From positions 3,162,001 through 3,226,000 of the forward strand of contig CDPCPM010000317.1 of the NCBI GenBank assembly GCA_976551045.1: DNA of 64,000 bases. The letters run 5' to 3'. Origin of the DNA: Glaucostegus cemiculus (lineage: Eukaryota). Position numbers and translations under genes: made by a program. Under the pieces are notes generated by a model. That model was not told where the DNA came from and did not search any database. It worked only from the letters and a program-made list of their open reading frames with translations. Below are positions 22,800 to 34,775 of the stretch, piece after piece; position 1 is the first letter of the stretch, and each line of letters begins with the position of its first letter.

Positions 22800-25700
22800 A
22801 GTTTCTGCTTATGAAACTTAATCCACCCTCTGGGTTTTAACTTAATGTCATTAAACCTATTATTCACCTTCTCAGTTTATTCTTCTTCAAATACCAATAA
22901 CTTTTCTCATCATGTCTGTATATAAAACTCATTAGTTTATCATTATAAATATCCCCACTCTATTTATTTAATTTCTCCTCTGATATCCATACTTCTGACC
23001 TCCCACATCACAAAATCTCCATTTTTATATACTTACTGCTCTGCTGAAATTTCCTTTCTTCACATGTCTTTCCGAACTAAACTATTAACTGATCTACTTC
23101 ACAAGATGACACCCAGTTTCCCAACAGCCTCACTTCATTTACAGGGTATTAAAAGGAACCACTTGCACAGCTTGCCTCATTCATCCTGAGGCTCATTCAT
23201 CCTAGTGGACATTCAGGATGACCCTTGTAGAACAGCCTCCAGGACAATTGTCTTCCTGACCAGAGATCCAACGCTTGCATTGGATTTTTCATAGTATATA
23301 GTTGAGTTCTCTATTACCATTTTATTTGTGCTATTTTATGACCACTTGCCATCACAAACATCTGTACAAGGTTATCACTTAGCTTTTTCCTGAAATTACT
23401 TGTAACTCAATCCCATTGATACAAAGAATAGCCACACAATTCTTCTCAAAACTGTCACCAGGAGATACAAAGCTCGGCTTTGTCTCAACACACACCGAGC
23501 ACAATACAGGATGCATCCCAACCAGAATGTACAACAGTTTTAACACAATCTCTCCCCTCTTGGACAGCTCTGATGCTATCAGTCAGCACTGAATTTGTTG
23601 GTACTGACAGGCCTGAACCTACTAATCCACGTCCAAATCCTTTCAGACATATTCTCAACTTTTCCAAGAGGGTGTTGGCTTATCTTATCGTCATCCATAT
23701 ATTACATCAAAATTTGAGGTCTGCAAGATAGAGTTGGGGCAAGTAAGATAGACCTTCCCCACAGAGGAATCAGATTGCCCACTTCCCTCCATGGTAAGCC
23801 TCCATCTGATAGGAGCTAATGGAAACTTGGCTTTCTCCCATATTTATATAAGATAAGATCTTTATTAGTCACATGTACATTGAAACACACAATGAAATGT
23901 ATTTTTTGCGTAGTGTTCTGGGGGGCAGCCCACAAGTGTTACCCTGCTTCCTGCACCAACACAGCATGCCCATAACTTCCTAAATTCAAAGTTTCATCCC
24001 ACTACTTTTCATGTCATAGAAGTAATCTGAACTGGAGAGTCAGGGCCAAACTAACCTACTGATGGAACACATTCTTGAATGAACAAATTTAAATCATGCT
24101 CCTAAAGTGAGCTAGATTACCTGGATTACCTTGCTCAGTTTTATAATTGTGAATATCTCAGAATATTTCAACAAAGTCTTCCATTTTCCAAAAATACAAA
24201 TTTTGTACATCATGAGTGCTGCATCCACAGAAACTGTGCCTTGCTGTAAAATACACAGCTACCTGAGGTCAGCATCAGGATCGTGGAGAATGCAGTGTGG
24301 AGAATCCCTATGTTGAATGCCCATCTGTTGCCAGCTAACATTCTTAAATTACCTCTCCCTCGGAATCTAGAAGCACCAGCTAATCTATGGAAGCTTCTTC
24401 AACCATCACCATTCATTGGTTATGCTTCTTTGACATAAAGTATCTCAGTGGTGGACTGAAGAGGCAAGGCTGGTAAACACACTTTCACCTTATCAGTTAA
24501 TCACAATCCTGCACCATGTTCATAACCAACTTGAGTACCACAGGAGAATAACACAACAGTATAAAAGCCAAGCACATTACACATAAAATAAGCAGCACAG
24601 AAATAATCAATCACACTTTCCCCACTGTCTCAGATTTCCCAGGAGACTATCTAAAAGCTCTTTCCTCACTTCACGCCTTTTGCAAATTTCAACCCAATTC
24701 TTCAATTTTCCGTGAGAATTGCCATTGGATATCCGATAGTTTAATATCTTTTTGTCCTCATTTACTATTTCCTATGAATACATTTCAAAGCAAAGAAAAT
24801 AACTTTCGATTAAAGATTTGCCCCTGCTTCACCCTTGCGTATCCACAGCGACAGGTAATTATACAAGGATAGAAATCATTTGAAAGCTACTCAGCAAAGG
24901 TTCACAAATAACCTAATGCTCAATATCACTTTCCGAGCACAATGATTCTGTGGAAAATCAATGTAGCTAAAATTGCATCGTTTGGAGTTTGTTCAAAGAA
25001 TGATATGAATTACAAATAATCTAGAAATTGTACATTTGCTGAGATCCTGTTTTTATTAGATTCAACTAAAAAAAAGGAACAAGACTTCTAGCAATATTAT
25101 TTGATAAAATACTCTTGTAATTTCAAAGGTACATAGGTCAGTTAGTACTCAAAGGGACTTCAGAAAATCGAATTGGGGGTTGTAGAAAACCATGTCTTGA
25201 TTCACATTATTAAGTTAAACTGAAGTGTACAATATATTTGCAATTATCCTCCTCTCTCTGGCCCAGATGTCTTATTGCTTAATATCTAAGCTTGATTCTC
25301 ATGACCTAGCTACATAGCTGCTTAAATCAAAATCATCAACACAATCTCATGTTCCCTTCGTTCTCACCATAAAATGAATCCAAGACTTTCTGCTGAAATC
25401 CATGCATTCAGATCACTAACTTACTGCCTCGTCAGCCTTCAGTCTTCTTCAGTCTACAGCTTTCTACTTCCTCTGGACTGTATCAGCTTTGCTCCTTCAC
25501 CAGGACCTTAAGCCTTCTGTGCTTATCATAACCTCAATCGATCAGACAATTGGGAACATCCACTTGGGCTTTGCCATTGTTTACGCTTTTACAAATCTCA
25601 AATTGAACACAAGCTTTGATAACTTGGTAGAAAGGAGAAGGATCTGCTAGATACTTTTCAGGTAGTGACTGCAATGCTGTTGAAAATGTTTGTCTCCTGA

Positions 25701-26175
25701 GATGGACAGTGAGGTTGGGACTTTGAACTGGGTGCAGGAACAGGTGGGAGATGAAGTCCCAATTTAATGCACTTTAATTTATAAGGTAATCTTGGCCAAT
25801 TAGGTTTCTTAAGGGGACTTGGACTTTGAGATTTTGACTGAGCAATGACAGGATTGGATTGTATTTCAACTGGATGATGGGACTGATGTTTATAAATCCC
25901 ACAACAGCAGAACCTGGTTGGATTTTGGGAGCTCCTTGATTCCCATTGTGGATCAGAAAGGGATGGACTCTTAGTTTGTGTGGCAAGTAAATATTCACTG
26001 AATTTATTAGAAAAGATATGCACCTGTTTCTGGTTAAAGTGAACGTCATCTCATATAAGGAATGTCCTGCAATATAAAATCAGAGCCAATGTCATATCCT
26101 GGACTGCCTTTATTACTTGAAACCCTTCTGGATTTTACTCCTATTTTAAAATCAGTCATCAACTTCAAACAGTAA
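22800..26175 (-). mobile_element. Possible highly decayed endogenous retrovirus-like segment (gag-like and env-TM-like remnants)
   Basis: Hand translation of the minus strand gives a Pro/Ser-rich stretch, then TALQSLPEKYLADPSPFYQVIK (~25680-25615), and further on ELLDSLLGNLRQWGK/frameshift/LIISVLLILCVMCLAFILLCYSPVVLKLV (~24660-24520). No LTR, pol motif or intact ORF was found. Confidence 0.3.
23848..23983 (-). mobile_element. 5'-truncated V-SINE with Rex1-type tail
   Basis: Minus strand ttaggaagttatgggcatgctgtgttggtgc...gggctgcccc matches 53700-53760 and ends tttcattgtgtgtttcaatgtacatgtgactaataaagatcttatcttat. Confidence 0.85.
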
Positions 26176-26179
26176 CTCT

Positions 26180-27040
26180 TTGGAACACCACTGGTCACCA
26201 ACTTCCAGTCAAAATATGCTCTATCTACCACTACCCTCTGTTTTCTATGGGCGAGCCAATTCTGAATCCACACAGCCAAGTTTCCCTAGATTCCATGCCT
26301 CCTGACTTTCTGAATGAGCCTTCCATGAGGAACCTTTTCAAACACCTTACTAAAATCCATGTACACCACATCAACTGCTCTACCTTCATCAATGTGATTT
26401 CTTACATCCTCAAAGAATTCAACTTGCCCCTCACAAAGCCATGTTGACCATCCCTAATCAACCTATGCTTCTTCAAATGCCTATAAACCCTGTCTATAAG
26501 AATCTTCTCCAGTAATTTGCCCACCACTGAAGTAAGACTCACAGGTCTGTAATTCCCAAGGTTATCCCTACTCCCTTTCTTACACAAAGGAACAACATTT
26601 ACCACTCTCCAATTATCTGGCACTACTTCTGTTGCCAGTGAGGACACAAAGATTGTTGCCAAAGTTGCAGAAATCTCTTCCCTTGCTTCCTGTAAATACC
26701 TTGGATATATCCCATCCAGCCCAGTGACTTATCTCTCCTAATGTTTCCAAAACTTCCAGCACATCCTCTTTCCTCACATTGACATGCCCTAGTGTATCAG
26801 CGTGTTGTACGCCATCCTCACAAATGTCAAGGTCTCTCTCACTGGTGAATACTGAAGCAAAGTATTCATCAAGGACCTCCCCTGCCTCTTCCGACTCCAG
26901 GCATATGTTTCCTCTTTTATCCCTGATTGGTCCTATCCTCACTCTAGTCGTACTCCTATTCTTCACATACATGTCAAACGCCTTGGGGTTTTCATTAATC
27001 TTACTCGCTAAGGCCTTCTGATGGCCCCCTTCTAGCTCTG
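26180..27040 (-). mobile_element. CR1 LINE ORF2 fragment (linker to RT N-terminus)
   Basis: ORFs 26613-26972 (IGPIRDKRGNICLE...EYFASVFT), 26402-26662 (VPDNWRVVNVVPLCKKG...NYRPVSLTSVVGKLLEKI...QHGF) and 26046-26279 (WIQNWLAHRKQRVVV...SGVP). Same subfamily as 41912-47350. Confidence 0.9.
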
Positions 27041-29100
27041 CTCAGATGTCATTTGGCCTAATAAGTATTTACAGCATTTTCTGTTTCTTTTCTGATTTTC
27101 ATTACCTGCAGAGTTTTGCTTCTCTATTTTTACAATGTTTGCCTCTCCCAGGAGATTGCATGACATTTGGGTTGAGTGCAAGGTTCTGCATTGTGATGGA
27201 TCGCAATGTGTGTTGTGAGTGAGACTGGGTGGTCAGTTAGATATTTACCTCCCCAACATTTGGTATGACCACAATTCTTCTTTGAATTTCATATCCAATG
27301 CAATTATTTGAGCGCAGAGGAACTACAGGGAACTTACTTCTCAACTTGCTCTCTTCAACTCATTCTTCAGTATCACATTCCACCATCACTTTCAGCCAAA
27401 AAGGCTGGCCATCTCAACAACATTTCCATGTTCTAGCTATTAAAGCTGCCGAGGGTTGATAGGTCAGTTGGTTCATGTATTTCTAATGTAGTGCTCACTT
27501 ACCCTGGCCAGGAATGCCTCAAGATTTGATCGATGTTCTCACCGAGTTAGCTCATTTCAGCCAGTTAGAGAGCATACCAAATAGCCTGGGTTGTGAATTG
27601 AACTGAGATGGCCAGCTTCCTCCTATTAACCCTTTCCAGTGAGTCACAGACAGCAAGAGTGGTCAGGATCAGGCTGGGCTGTTACCCCCAACCTCCAATG
27701 TCCGAATTCCTGAATGGGAGGGGCACAGAGGCGTGCCCATGAAACAGTACACCAGCATGTATCAAATAAGAGAAAATACTGAGTGGAGTTTGGTGGGGAA
27801 AAGGCTTACAAAATGTGGCATTTCATGCTTGGTATTCTGATCACTGTATGAAACTCAATATCTTATTAAAACAGACCTAAAATACGACCACACCCCCCAA
27901 CAGATCCCATCACACCCAACAGAAAAAATATATAAATGTATGGTATGAGCAAAAGCAAATCAGTGGTTCGTTTTGTAGTAACTAACATCCTACAGGCAGG
28001 TTATACATGTATACTTTGTAAATTCTGACAGTGAGATTGCAGTACTGAAGTTGTTCTGGGATCCAAGCCAATAGGGGACCGAGTTAAGATTCCTTGAGCT
28101 CATCAATTCACAAGGTGATACTTGCCAGCTGCCAGAGAGATGGAGGAGACAACGTTCCCATTTGGATTCAAGGCCAGGTCCCAGAGATGAAAGAACACTT
28201 TTCAAATACATTCTCACTCAGTCTTGTGTTATGGATCACTTTTAATACAAGTTTAATGGGTTTTGATATTTGCATACTAAGGAGGCAACAGATGTTTATC
28301 AATTTAAGTAACATTCAGTAATGCAGTGACTCAAAAAGGAATTACTGAATAAAATATTTAAGAGATTACCCACGCTCACTCCTTCTGAATGCATTCAAAC
28401 ACAATGGGTACAGACCCACAGACATCCAACTGATCCAGACGCTCCAGACCTCCCAGGCTCAGATGCTCAGGACTGGGACCAGAAGACACACTTCCAAACT
28501 TGTCGTGCAAGTGGAGGTCACCTGGTCAACCTACACAACCAGCCACAGTTATGGTTCCTTCGTGCAGAGAAACAACCTGAAGAGCAGGTGGGAACTGCTA
28601 ATCCTTGGGGACAAGTCAGAACTCTAAAAAGCTTTTCTTTGGCAAAGGTATGGGTTGGTGAATACTTTTAAAGGGCAAGAGAATGAAATGATAACAGAGA
28701 ATAGAGCTTTCTCCCCCCCCCCCCATGGACAAGGGGGGGGGGAATGGCCAGACAGGAGAATGAAGGATGTGCAATGAGAGTTAGATGGACGTCTGTCAGA
28801 GCAACTGCTTTCTGCACATTCTGACATTCTTTCCTTGTCTAAACATCTGTTGCTCTTTTATTGAAAAGAACCAAGTGTAAATCCCCAAAGTAACACCCTG
28901 CTCCTTCCTCTATTGATGCTGGCAGGAATCCATTTACCAATCACTGGTTAATGACCTGGAACCCAACCAGAGCAGGAAGACCAATAGTTAGCACCACATA
29001 CACACTGTACTAAGCTATATCTCACTAATGTCACTGAATAAAAAATTCATCCAATCTAAATAAAGATGGGCAGAGAGAGATTATCTTTATATCTCAAGAG

Positions 29101-29495
29101 TGTCACAACGTTGATTGAAGAGCAAGATCACAGAGAACTGAAATGCAGCACACTGGTACAAGACTGGAGTCAGGATACTTCCTCAGGACCAGACACAGGC
29201 AACACTGGAAGGAAATCTTGCCTCAGAGATCTGAGTAGTAATCCCAACACAAACTGAATCTTCAAGCAGGAATAGAGAACACAGGCCTGCTCTAGAGTAG
29301 ACCACTCTAAGCAGCTAGGAACCTAACTGAATCTTCACAGTTGACCAATACTCTGGCAACTAGTGCTAGAGAAACCCAGGTACTTATGCTAGGCCCCTGA
29401 TAGGGCTCAGGTGTGTGTCAGTGCAGCATGGAATCCATGGAAACGATGAGGCATCTGATGAACTAAATCAAGGGCCAGTACTCAGAACCATGACA
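29101..29495 (-). mobile_element. Solo LTR, copy 1 (395 bp)
   Basis: TGTCA...TGACA termini; perfect 5-bp TSD AAGAG (29096-29100, 29496-29500); reverse-complement homologue of copies 2 and 3. Strand inferred from the order of TATA-like and polyA-like motifs. Confidence 0.85.
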
Positions 29496-30769
29496 AAGAG
29501 CTAATGAGAAACCTGAGAAATGTGTATTTTTTGCAAATGTTTAATAAATATTTATGAGAAATATTCAGCTCTGAGTTACAATCACATGCACAATACTGGC
29601 CCCTCCCCCCTCTGTTTCCTCACACCCATCACCAGTGAACGCTAACCATACTTACACCAGTTTGTGATTAGTGCCTCTGGTAGGTTCCTCACTGCACACA
29701 GACCTCGTGTCCAAATCTCCAAGGTGTCCTTCCAATCTTACAGTCAGTCCCTCTCCTCCATCATCCCTGTCCCAGCAGTCCTATCCCAGCAGCTAGTCCC
29801 ACTGTAAATCCCATACTTTCATATCAGGCCTTCCAACTCTACAACCTCCTCTTGCCGTTTAACACATCCCATTAAGACACAATGATGCCTTAGTCCTGAT
29901 GTGATGCACCACCTCTCAGGAGATTCCACCTCTCAGCACTGCCCATAAAACTCTAATGTTAAAATTCTCCTTTCACCGCAACGCTGCTCAATTTTCTTAA
30001 AATAGACTTTAATCCAGTAGGAGGCATGATTGTGTTAAATGTTTTTGGATGACGTCCGTTGGCATTGGACAGTCTTGCCCAGTGTTGGACCATCTTCTGA
30101 CTATCACGGATGTGGAAAATGGACGTTTGGGCATACTCCTTCACTGGAGCCCAGGGAAGTACCATGGAGGAGGGAGGAAATAAGAGCACTTTGTCCTCCA
30201 TTCTCACGCCAGCTGACACACAAGCCCTCTGCCCTTTCTCCCTCCCTCTCTGATGTCTCCAGAACTCCAAAGTTTCAATGTTTTTCACAGTGTCAGCAAG
30301 TCAGAGAGATGGAAATTTACACCAGCACTGTGACAACTTAATGTAATATACTGAATTTGGAACATTACAGAGCAGCTCCAGGGATTCTGAGCACAGAGAA
30401 AATATATTTTGCCTGCTCAGAGCTGAATATAAATTACATAAACAAAAGAACAATAACAATATTTTATTGCCTAGCCTCATTCCCATCCAACAAAATCGTG
30501 GTCAGTAATAATTCAACCACTTGGTCCATTATTGAGGGATTGACTTTAAGGGACAGATTTTTATTCTACAGGGGGGTTCACAAGAACCCTGGGGTACATG
30601 AGAGGGTGTTGAGGGGATTCAAGCTTTGACTGATGCACCAACATGTTGTCTGTGCTGGGCTGTTCTGACAAAGGTGAGAGCGATATCGGCCTTCACCCCG
30701 GTAGCTCACTCCTTCATTTCAATGTCACCTTGTCACTAAGGATACAGACTAGACACCTGGCCAATCAGA

Positions 30770-31267
30770 GCAACACACACAATGCCAGAGGAACTCAGCA
30801 GGTCAGGCAGCATCTAGGGAGGGAAATGGACTGTCGACATTTTGGATCCAGACCCTTCATCTTGACTGAAATATAGAAGGGAGATAGTCTGTATAAAGGG
30901 TGAGGGGAAGGGATGGGGCAAGAGCTGGTAGGTGATAGGTGGATCCAGGTGAGGAGGGCTGATAGGCAGATGGAGAAAGAGAGGGTGGAAAGACAGAAGC
31001 TGGGTGATGGATGGTTGCATCAGGGGCTTCAGATGGCTCCCCCTCTGTTCCCATCTGCCCTGCCCAGCTGTATGCTGCACGTTTCTCTCCTATCAGATTC
31101 CACCATCTCTTCTCCTCACCTGGATCCATGTATCACCTGCCAGCCATTGCTCCACCCCTTCCCTCCGCCTCTTTATACTGGCTATAGTTCAGTCCTGATG
31201 AAGGGTCTGGACCAGAAACGTCAACTGTCCATTTCCCTCCCGAGCTGCTGCCTGACCCACTGAGTTG
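30770..31267. mobile_element. Palindromic Penelope-derived element: two terminal repeats in inverted orientation, each with a hammerhead motif
   Basis: 30790-30960 is the approximate reverse complement of 31110-31267 (ctcctcacctggatcca...ctttatac...ttcagtc..gatgaagggtctgga...gtccatttccctcc...gctgcctgacc...ctgagtt). Confidence 0.8.
31190..31227 (+). ncRNA. Minimal type I hammerhead ribozyme motif (core intact, two stem substitutions)
   Basis: cagtc-CTGATGA(31195-31201)-a-gggtctggacca-GAAAC-GTC-aactg. Stem I cagt/actg, stem II ggt/acc, a short ACGT palindrome in place of stem III, and a GUC cleavage triplet. Confidence 0.65.
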
Positions 31268-31898
31268 GCCCAGCCCTTGCGTTGATGGTGTGCCCCCAGT
31301 GTTGGGCTTGAGTTGGACTGAATGAGGGTATCATGTACTGGATACAGAGCAGCCCCTCTGGGAGTGCTGCACCACTGCAGAATCTGTATTTAATAAGGTT
31401 CGGTGACAGTACTGGAATCTTGCCAATCCTGCCCCAGGGTATTCAAAACTGGGAAGTGTTGCGTTGTAAGCACTGCGATCCTCACCTGAATGTGCAGAGA
31501 AAAAAAAAACTTAAGTGGAAAATCTGGGCAATTAACAAATCATCCCTGGGCGAAAGAGACAGACCGGTCTGAGAAATAAAGGAAAATGGATTCGAAGAGT
31601 CTGTCAGCAATGGGAGGAGAGATCTCGGGCTTCCTTCCTATCTCTGGTGGGGTTCCCTGCAGCAGAAAGTGGGTGGGGTGTGGAGGGAGTGCCTCTGAGT
31701 ACAACCTGGACTTCAGAAGGAACCTACAGAGGCGTACAACAGTCTGCTTCAGTACCGCTCACAGCACGCAGGCCACCTCAGCGGCCGAGAGAAAAGTTCC
31801 CCACGTTCCCTTCCCCTTCCCCCAAGGGTGGAAGTTATCACCCAGTCCCACTGCACCTGCTTTAACTCAGCGAGCTCCTGTGCACTGCTGAGGGACGG

Positions 31899-33046
31899 GC
31901 AGTATTGAGGGAGGGTCACACTGTGGAGGGGTGGTATTGAGGGAGGGTCACACTGTGGAGGGGTGGTACTGAGGGAGGGTCACAATGTGGAGGGGTGGTA
32001 CTGAGGGAGGGTCACACTGTGGGGGTGCTACTGAAGGTGCTCTCCACTGTGGGAGGGGGAAGTGCTGAGGGAGGGCGGTACTGAGGGAGGGTCACAATGT
32101 GGGAGGGGTGGTACTGAGGGAGAGTCACACTGTGGGAGGGGTGGTACTGAGGGAGGGTCACACTGTGGAAGGGGTGGTACTGAGGGAGGGTCACACTGTG
32201 GGAGGGGTGGTACTGAGGGAGGGTCACTGTAGGAGGGGTGGTACTGAGGGAGGGTCACACTGTGGGAGGGGTGGTACTGAGGGAGGGTCACTGTAGGAGG
32301 GGCGGTACTGAGGGAGAGTCACACTGTGGAGGGATGGTACTGAGGGAGAGTCACACTGTGGGAGGGGTGGTACTGAGGGAGGGTCACACTGTGGAGGGGT
32401 GGTACTGAGGAAGGGTCACTGTAGGAGGGGTGGTACTGAGGGAGGGTCACACTGTGGAGGGATGGTACTGAGGGAGGGTCACACTGTGGGGGTGATACTG
32501 AAGGTGCTCTCCACTGTGGGAGGGGAAGTGCTGAGGGAGGGCGGTACTGAGGGAGGGTCACACTGTGGAGGGATGGTACTGAGGGAGAGTCACACTGTGG
32601 GAGGGGTGGTACTGAGGGAGAGTCACACTGTGGGAGGGGTGGTACTGAGGGAGAGTCACACTGTGGGAGGGGTGGTACTGAGGGAGGGTCACTGTGGAGG
32701 GGTGGTACTGAGGGAGGGTCACACTTTGGAGGGATGGTACTGAGGGAGGGTCACACTGTAGGAGGGGTGGTACTGAGGGAGGGTCACACTGTGGGGGTGA
32801 TACTGAAGGTGCTCTCCACTGTGGGAGGGGAAGTGCTGAGGGAGGGCGGTACTGAGGGAGGGTCACACTGTGGGGGTGATACTGAAGGTGCTCTCCACTG
32901 TGGGAGGGGAAGTGCTGAGGGAGGGCGGTACTGAGGGAGGGTCACACTGCGGGGGTGATACCAAAGGTGCTCTCCACTGTGCAAGCGGAAGTACTGAGGG
33001 AGGGGTGGTACTGAGGGAGGGTCGCACTGTGGGAGGGTGTACTGAG
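31899..33046. repeat. G-rich minisatellite, modal 33-bp unit GTACTGAGGGAGGGTCACACTGTGGGAGGGGTG, with a recurring variant block
   Basis: Tandem array is directly visible and accounts for the (VTLPQYHPSHS)n ORFs. The variant gggggtgatactgaaggtgctctccactgtg recurs near 32020, 32490, 32790, 32870 and 32950. Confidence 0.95.
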
Positions 33047-33699
33047 CACTTCCTCCACCTTGGATTCTGGGGCGGACTGCTCAAGCTGCCTGGCGCACAC
33101 TCTCAGTGCCGGGGAGACTGTGGTGCAAGGCTGTACTTAACGACGGTAAACGTGGCCTTGGAAACAACAGAGAGCGGACAGAGGGCGACTGAAGACTGAG
33201 GGGGGTCACTGCCATGATGGAACAGGATTTTACCTGGTTCAGAGATGTGCTTCTGTACACAAGGTGAAGAACAATACCGTCACTCCTGGTGGTAAACCAA
33301 ATAAAACTTGTGTTACTTGGGGATAAAGTGACCCGTTCCCATGGTAACAGTGGCATGGTATGAGCCAAGTTCAGAAGTAACCTGCCTGCAAAGGCTATTG
33401 GGCACAGGATCCATGGCTTGCTGTATGCATCACAGATTTGAAGCAAGACTATAAACAAATTTATAATATATAGTAAAATGGTCTAAAAATGGGGCGGTGT
33501 TGAGATCAGTTCCATTGCTGGAGGTACTTAGTTTAAAGACCTGCTGTGTGGACCCAGTCCCATCAGGAAGCAGACCAGGCTTCTCCCCACCTTTGCACCG
33601 AACACCCTCTGTCAGCCACACAGTGAAGTACATGTTAGTTGGAGAGGTGTCCTTGTACCCGCTGTGGGATCCCACTCTGTGAAGTTTTCCTGTAAACAC

Positions 33700-34322
33700 A
33701 TCCTCGCCCAACCACTGAACCATCCAGAGTTTAATACACAGCCTCACCCAATGATTAACCCCATCCAGTGTTGGATACACAGCCTCACCCAATGAATGAA
33801 CCGTCCAGTGTGGGATACACAGCCTCACCCAATGACTGAGCCGTCCAGTGCTGGATACACAGCCTCACCCAATGATTGACCCCATCCAGTGTTGGATACA
33901 CAGCCTCACCCAATGAATGAACCATCCAGTGTGGGATACACAGCCTCACCCAATGACTGAGCCGTCCAGTGTTGGATATACAGCCTCACCCAATGACTGA
34001 ACCGTCCAGTGTGGGATACACAGCCTCACCCAATGACTGAGCCGTCCAGTGTTGGATACACAGCCTCACCCAATGACTGAACTGTCCAGTGCTGGATACA
34101 CAGCCTCACCCAATGACTGAACTGTCCATTGTTGGATTACAGCCTCACCCAATGACTGAACCGTCCAGTGCTGGATACACAGCCTCACCCAATAATTGAC
34201 TCCATCCAGTGTTGGATACACAGCCTCACCCAATAATTGACTCCATCCAGTGTTGGATACACAGCCTCACCCAATAATTGACTCCATCCAGTGTTGGATA
34301 CACAGCCTCAACCAATGACTGA
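33700..34322. repeat. Minisatellite, 40-bp unit CAGCCTCACCCAATGACTGAACCGTCCAGTGTTGGATACA, ~15 copies
   Basis: Head-to-tail units with no spacers. Confidence 0.95.
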
Positions 34323-34649
34323 ATCCAACTAGAGAAAGACCCCAAACAATGTTTAAAAAATCATTTGCAATACATTTTAGCAAAGAATTCAGAAAAATTG
34401 CTTCAGTTGGATGGTGTTATTAAGAATAATATCCATTGCTAAAAATAATTGTTCTTTCCCAAGGAGCCCAAGACTACCAAATGTTTGATGCATTGACCAA
34501 GCGGCAGACGGCTGTGAGGGACATTGAGATAAGTAGACGTGAAAAGCATTATGTATTGTTCTCACTAACCAGAAGGTCAAGACCATGCTAAAGGAGTAAA
34601 ATTGAACCACTTAGTACTTTTGGACATCCCAAAGGAACAAGGCCAGTTG

Positions 34650-34775
34650 TGGGGATGTGGGGAGAGTTAAAAAATGGGATTAATGTAGGATTAGTGTAAA
34701 TTGGTGTTGATGGTCAGCATGGACTCAGTGGGCTGAAGGGCCTGTTTCTGTGTTGTACCTTTATGACTGTGATTT
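34650..34775 (+). mobile_element. V-SINE/CR1 3' tail fragment
   Basis: ggactcagtgggctgaagggcctgtttctgtgttgtacctttatgac. Confidence 0.7.

Noticed and set aside
29445-29475. Hammerhead ribozyme in the solo LTR (GAAAC...CTGATGA), which would make it a retrozyme
   Set aside because: Only 10 nt separate the boxes, no stems can form, and copies 2 and 3 lack both words.
32012-33199. Repetitive protein genes such as (VTLPQYHPSHS)n
   Set aside because: They are overlapping translations of a VNTR on both strands, and 31-33-bp unit variants shift the frame.
33700-34322. CRISPR array (40-bp period with an internal palindrome)
   Set aside because: Units are contiguous with no unique spacers, there are no cas genes, and the context is eukaryotic.
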